Origin: an archaeon
GTDB lineage: Archaea; Nanobdellota; Nanobdellia; Woesearchaeales; UBA9642
Assembly (NCBI GenBank): GCA_020057295.1
Contig: JAGVGF010000003.1
Coordinates: 32,001-96,000 of the forward strand
DNA length: 64,000 nucleotides
Direction of reading: 5' to 3'
Numbering within the stretch: position 1 is the stretch's first letter; every line of letters starts with the position of its first letter. The notes below the pieces were generated by a model. That model made no database searches, had not been told where the DNA came from, and worked only from the letters and a program-made list of their open reading frames with translations. Position numbers and translations under genes: made by a program. Positions 60,501 to 64,000 of this stretch are shown piece after piece.

Positions 60501-63125
60501 ATGGTCATTCCGGAAGTCAAATTAAAGGTTGCTGAAGCAATTCAGGATGATGTTACTAAAGGTATTGTTAGAGTTGATTCTGGATATATGAAACAAATCG
60601 GTATTCGTTCTGGTGATATTGTTGAAATTCAAGGTGGTCGAAAGACTGTTGCAATTGTTGATAGAGCATATCCTGGTGATATTGGATTAAACATTATTAG
60701 AATGGATGGTTTAATCAGAAGAAATTCTAAGACAGGAATAGGCGAAGTTGTTACTGTAAGAAAAGCTAATGTTAAAGAAGCCAAAAAGATTATTATTGCT
60801 CCAGCAAAAGAAGGCATATTAATTAGAGCAAATCCAATCATATTCAAACAAGGTTTACTTGGCAGAGCAGTTGTTAAAGGAGATATTGTTTCTTTAGGAG
60901 GAACAAGAACTAGAAGAACTGCAATGAGTCAAAGTCCGTTCTTCGATGATATTTTTAATATTGCCGGTGATGAGGCATTAATGGGTTTTGGTCTTGGTGA
61001 CCTAAAATTTATGATTGTTGATGTAAATCCTGCAAAGGAAGCTGTTATAATTACTGATTCTACTGAAGTAATATTCAATCCAGAAGCAATTCCTGAAGTT
61101 AAGGAAGATAAATTGCCAGATGTTTCTTATGAAGATATTGGTGGATTAGAAGAAGAATTAAAGAAAGTTCGTGAAATGGTCGAGTTACCGTTAAAACATC
61201 CCGAAATTTTCGAAAGATTGGGAATTGAACCACCAAAAGGAGTTCTATTACATGGTCCACCAGGAACTGGAAAAACTCTTTTAGCAAAAGCTGTTGCAAA
61301 TGAAACGCAATCAAACTTTATTCTAATTAATGGTCCAGAAATAATGAGTAAATATTATGGACAGTCAGAAGAAAATTTACGTAAAAAGTTCGAAGATGCT
61401 GAAAAGAACGCTCCTTCAATAATATTTATTGATGAAATAGATGCAATCGCATCAAAGAGAGAAGAGACACACGGTGAAGTTGAGAAACGTGTTGTTGCAC
61501 AATTACTTGCAATAATGGATGGCTTAAAATCTCGAGGAAAAGTCGTTGTTATAGCAGCATCAAATATTCCAAACGCTCTTGATCCAGCATTACGTAGACC
61601 AGGAAGATTCGATAGAGAAATAGAAATTGGCGTTCCGACAAAGGCGGGAAGACTTTCAGTTATGAAGATTCATACAAGAAATATGCCATTTAAAGGTTCA
61701 TTTCATAATGAAGTTGCACTTGATGCATTGAAACATGTTATTGAAGAAAAATCTAAGGATGGTAAGGATTCAAAAACAAAAAAGAGTTCTAAAACTGAAG
61801 TTGACAGGTTAAAGAAATTTTTAGAATCAAGCGATAAAGTTGAAAGATTGCTTAGTGAATTAAAAGCTATAGAAAATAGTGCTGAAATATGGGGTAGTAA
61901 TGATCCTAAAAGTAAATTTTTAGATATTGCTAAGAAGAAGTTAGATGATGAAATAGTAGAAATTATATGTACATTATTTGATGTAGGAATTTTGGGCAAA
62001 TCATTTTATGATGATGTTAGACAAAAAGGAGTTATTAATGATTTAAATGACATTGCGGAAATTACTTACGGATTTGTTGGCGCAGATATTGCATCATTAT
62101 GTAAAGAATCTGCAATGGTGGTTTTAAGAAAAGTTATTTCTGATTTAAACTTGCAAAGTAATGATCCGTTATCTGAAGAAATATTAGAAAAATTAATTAT
62201 TACTAAGGATGATTTCATGTCCGCATTAAAAACAGTAAGACCAAGCGCTCTAAGAGAAGTATTGATTGAAAAACCAACAACTACTTGGGAAGATATTGGC
62301 GGGGCTGATGAAGCTAAGCAAGAATTAAAAGAAGCTGTAGAATGGCCTTTGCAGAATAGTGTAGCATTCGAACGTTTAGGTATTAAACCACCAACAGGTG
62401 TATTATTATACGGTCCTCCAGGAACTGGAAAGACGCTTTTAGCGAAAGCAGTTGCTAATGAAAGTAAAGCTAACTTTATTTTGGTTAATGGTCCGGAATT
62501 AATGAGTAAATGGGTTGGAGAATCTGAAAAAGCTGTGAGAAAAATATTTGAGAAAGCAAGACAGACAAGTCCTAGCATAATATTCTTTGATGAGATTGAT
62601 AGTTTAGTTCCGAAAAGGGGCGCTAACTCGGATTCATCTGGTGTTACGGAAAAAGTTGTAAATCAATTATTAACAGAAATGAATGGGTTGCAAGAAATGA
62701 AGGATGTTGTTGTAATAGGTGCAACAAATAGGCCTGACTTACTTGATTCAGCATTATTAAGGCCTGGAAGATTTGATAGAATAGTGTTAGTTAGCGTTCC
62801 GGATGCTAAGTCACGTAAAGATATATTCAAATTACATACTAAGAGGATGCCATTATCTAAAGATGTTAAAGTTGAAGAATTAGTTTTAAAAACTGAAGGA
62901 TATGTTGGAGCAGATATTGAATCTGTATGTAGAGAAGCTGCAATGCTTGCATTAAGAGAAGATATGACTGCACGAGATGTTAAGATGAAATATTTCACTG
63001 AAGCATTAAAGAAAGTAAGACCATCAGCATCCAAGGATATTGAAAAAACATATGCAGAATTCAATGAAAACTTCAGAAAGACAAGAGCTGAAGAGATGAA
63101 AGATAAACCAAACTACTTTGGTTAA
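60501..63125 (+). CDS. cdc48: CDC48/VCP AAA+ ATPase
   Basis: N domain + two AAA modules (GPPGTGKT twice, [16 protein letters not shown]); helical insertion in D1; C-terminal YFG. Confidence 0.96.
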   Translation: MVIPEVKLKVAEAIQDDVTKGIVRVDSGYMKQIGIRSGDIVEIQGGRKTVAIVDRAYPGDIGLNIIRMDGLIRRNSKTGIGEVVTVRKANVKEAKKIIIAPAKEGILIRANPIIFKQGLLGRAVVKGDIVSLGGTRTRRTAMSQSPFFDDIFNIAGDEALMGFGLGDLKFMIVDVNPAKEAVIITDSTEVIFNPEAIPEVKEDKLPDVSYEDIGGLEEELKKVREMVELPLKHPEIFERLGIEPPKGVLLHGPPGTGKTLLAKAVANETQSNFILINGPEIMSKYYGQSEENLRKKFEDAEKNAPSIIFIDEIDAIASKREETHGEVEKRVVAQLLAIMDGLKSRGKVVVIAASNIPNALDPALRRPGRFDREIEIGVPTKAGRLSVMKIHTRNMPFKGSFHNEVALDALKHVIEEKSKDGKDSKTKKSSKTEVDRLKKFLESSDKVERLLSELKAIENSAEIWGSNDPKSKFLDIAKKKLDDEIVEIICTLFDVGILGKSFYDDVRQKGVINDLNDIAEITYGFVGADIASLCKESAMVVLRKVISDLNLQSNDPLSEEILEKLIITKDDFMSALKTVRPSALREVLIEKPTTTWEDIGGADEAKQELKEAVEWPLQNSVAFERLGIKPPTGVLLYGPPGTGKTLLAKAVANESKANFILVNGPELMSKWVGESEKAVRKIFEKARQTSPSIIFFDEIDSLVPKRGANSDSSGVTEKVVNQLLTEMNGLQEMKDVVVIGATNRPDLLDSALLRPGRFDRIVLVSVPDAKSRKDIFKLHTKRMPLSKDVKVEELVLKTEGYVGADIESVCREAAMLALREDMTARDVKMKYFTEALKKVRPSASKDIEKTYAEFNENFRKTRAEEMKDKPNYFG

Positions 63126-63134
63126 GGTTGTTCT

Positions 63135-64000
63135 ATGAAACATGTAAAGATTCTATTAGAGAACGAACATCTTGAAGGATTATTAATTAAAGAAGATGAT
63201 AAACATTTAGCTCTCAAATTATCTAATGGATATAATATCGGAATAAGTAAAAACAGAATAAAGAAAATTGAAGACATAAATTCTCGTGAAGATTTAGTTA
63301 AAGAACAACATTCCGAAAGGGTGCATAAAGAAATAGTCCAACATGTTTCGAAAGATGCAGTCAGTGATTTGCCTAAAGTTTTAATTTTACATACTGGAGG
63401 AACTATTGCAAGTAAAGTTGATTATCAAACTGGTGCAGTAACTCCTAAATTTACTCCTGAAGAATTGAATTCTATGTTTCCAGAAATAAAAGATATTGCA
63501 AATATAGAGAGTAGATTATTTAGGAATATGGCTTCTGATGATATGAGATTTTCTCATTACAACCTTATCGCAAAAGAGATTGAGAAAGAATTAACTGAAC
63601 ATAAAGATCTAAAAGGAATCATAATTACGCAAGGAACAGACACGATACATTATACGAGTGCAGCTCTTAGCTTTATTTTTGAACATTTACAAATTCCTGT
63701 GGTTATTGTTGGTTCACAACGTAGCTCTGATCGGGGAAGTTCTGATGCGGCAATGAATTTGATTAGTGCTGTAGCATTTATTGCAAATACAAGCCTTAAA
63801 GGAGTGTTTATATGTTTTCATGAAAATATTTCAGATGAATCATGCATAATACTTAACGGTCTTAATGCTAAAAAATTGCATTCATCAAGAAGAGATGCAT
63901 TTAAGCCAGTAAATGTTCCTTCAATCGCAAGGATAGATTATAATACTAAAAATATAGAATATGTTTCAGAACATCCAGAATCATCATTAAATAGTCCAGG
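63135..64000 (+). CDS. gatD: Glu-tRNA(Gln) amidotransferase subunit D, 3' truncated
   Basis: Not in ORF track: LKLSNGYNIGI, HTGGTIASKVDYQTGAV, QGTDT, GSQRSSDRGSSD, KLHSSRRDAF. Confidence 0.93.
   Translation, partial: MKHVKILLENEHLEGLLIKEDDKHLALKLSNGYNIGISKNRIKKIEDINSREDLVKEQHSERVHKEIVQHVSKDAVSDLPKVLILHTGGTIASKVDYQTGAVTPKFTPEELNSMFPEIKDIANIESRLFRNMASDDMRFSHYNLIAKEIEKELTEHKDLKGIIITQGTDTIHYTSAALSFIFEHLQIPVVIVGSQRSSDRGSSDAAMNLISAVAFIANTSLKGVFICFHENISDESCIILNGLNAKKLHSSRRDAFKPVNVPSIARIDYNTKNIEYVSEHPESSLNSP

Noticed and set aside
61692-62040. Intein in cdc48
   Set aside because: No N-terminal Cys/Ser block A and no His-Asn followed by C/S/T

Overview
AT-rich archaeal chromosomal segment, most consistent with a DPANN archaeon (Woesearchaeota-like; inferred from gene content and style). 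Archaeal informational genes are fen, trm5, pan, hjc, taw1, pcn, rnp4, bud32, dys, cdc48, gatD, rnj and scpB. Bacterial-type enzymes are gyrA, class I gap, tag, pepF and purA. The window also holds a 7-gene copper locus, one tRNA-Leu(CAA) and many ORFans. Many genes look leaderless (TATA box about 25 bp before ATG); operon-internal genes carry GGTG/GAGG SD motifs. I saw no CRISPR array, rRNA, transposase, integrase or reverse transcriptase. The main unexplained signals are: (i) a ~860 bp ORF-free, hairpin-dense, A-rich/U-poor region after a K+ channel gene with an altered filter (candidate large ncRNA); (ii) a switch-like structured leader upstream of purA; (iii) an independently promoted C/D-box-like sRNA; (iv) a bacterial outer-membrane-type beta-barrel and an RsbW-like kinase in an archaeon; (v) a seven-gene membrane ORFan operon and a triplet of paralogous coiled-coil genes; (vi) PRC-barrel cell-division genes interleaved with three nucleases. 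All calls come from reading motifs by eye; no searches were run.
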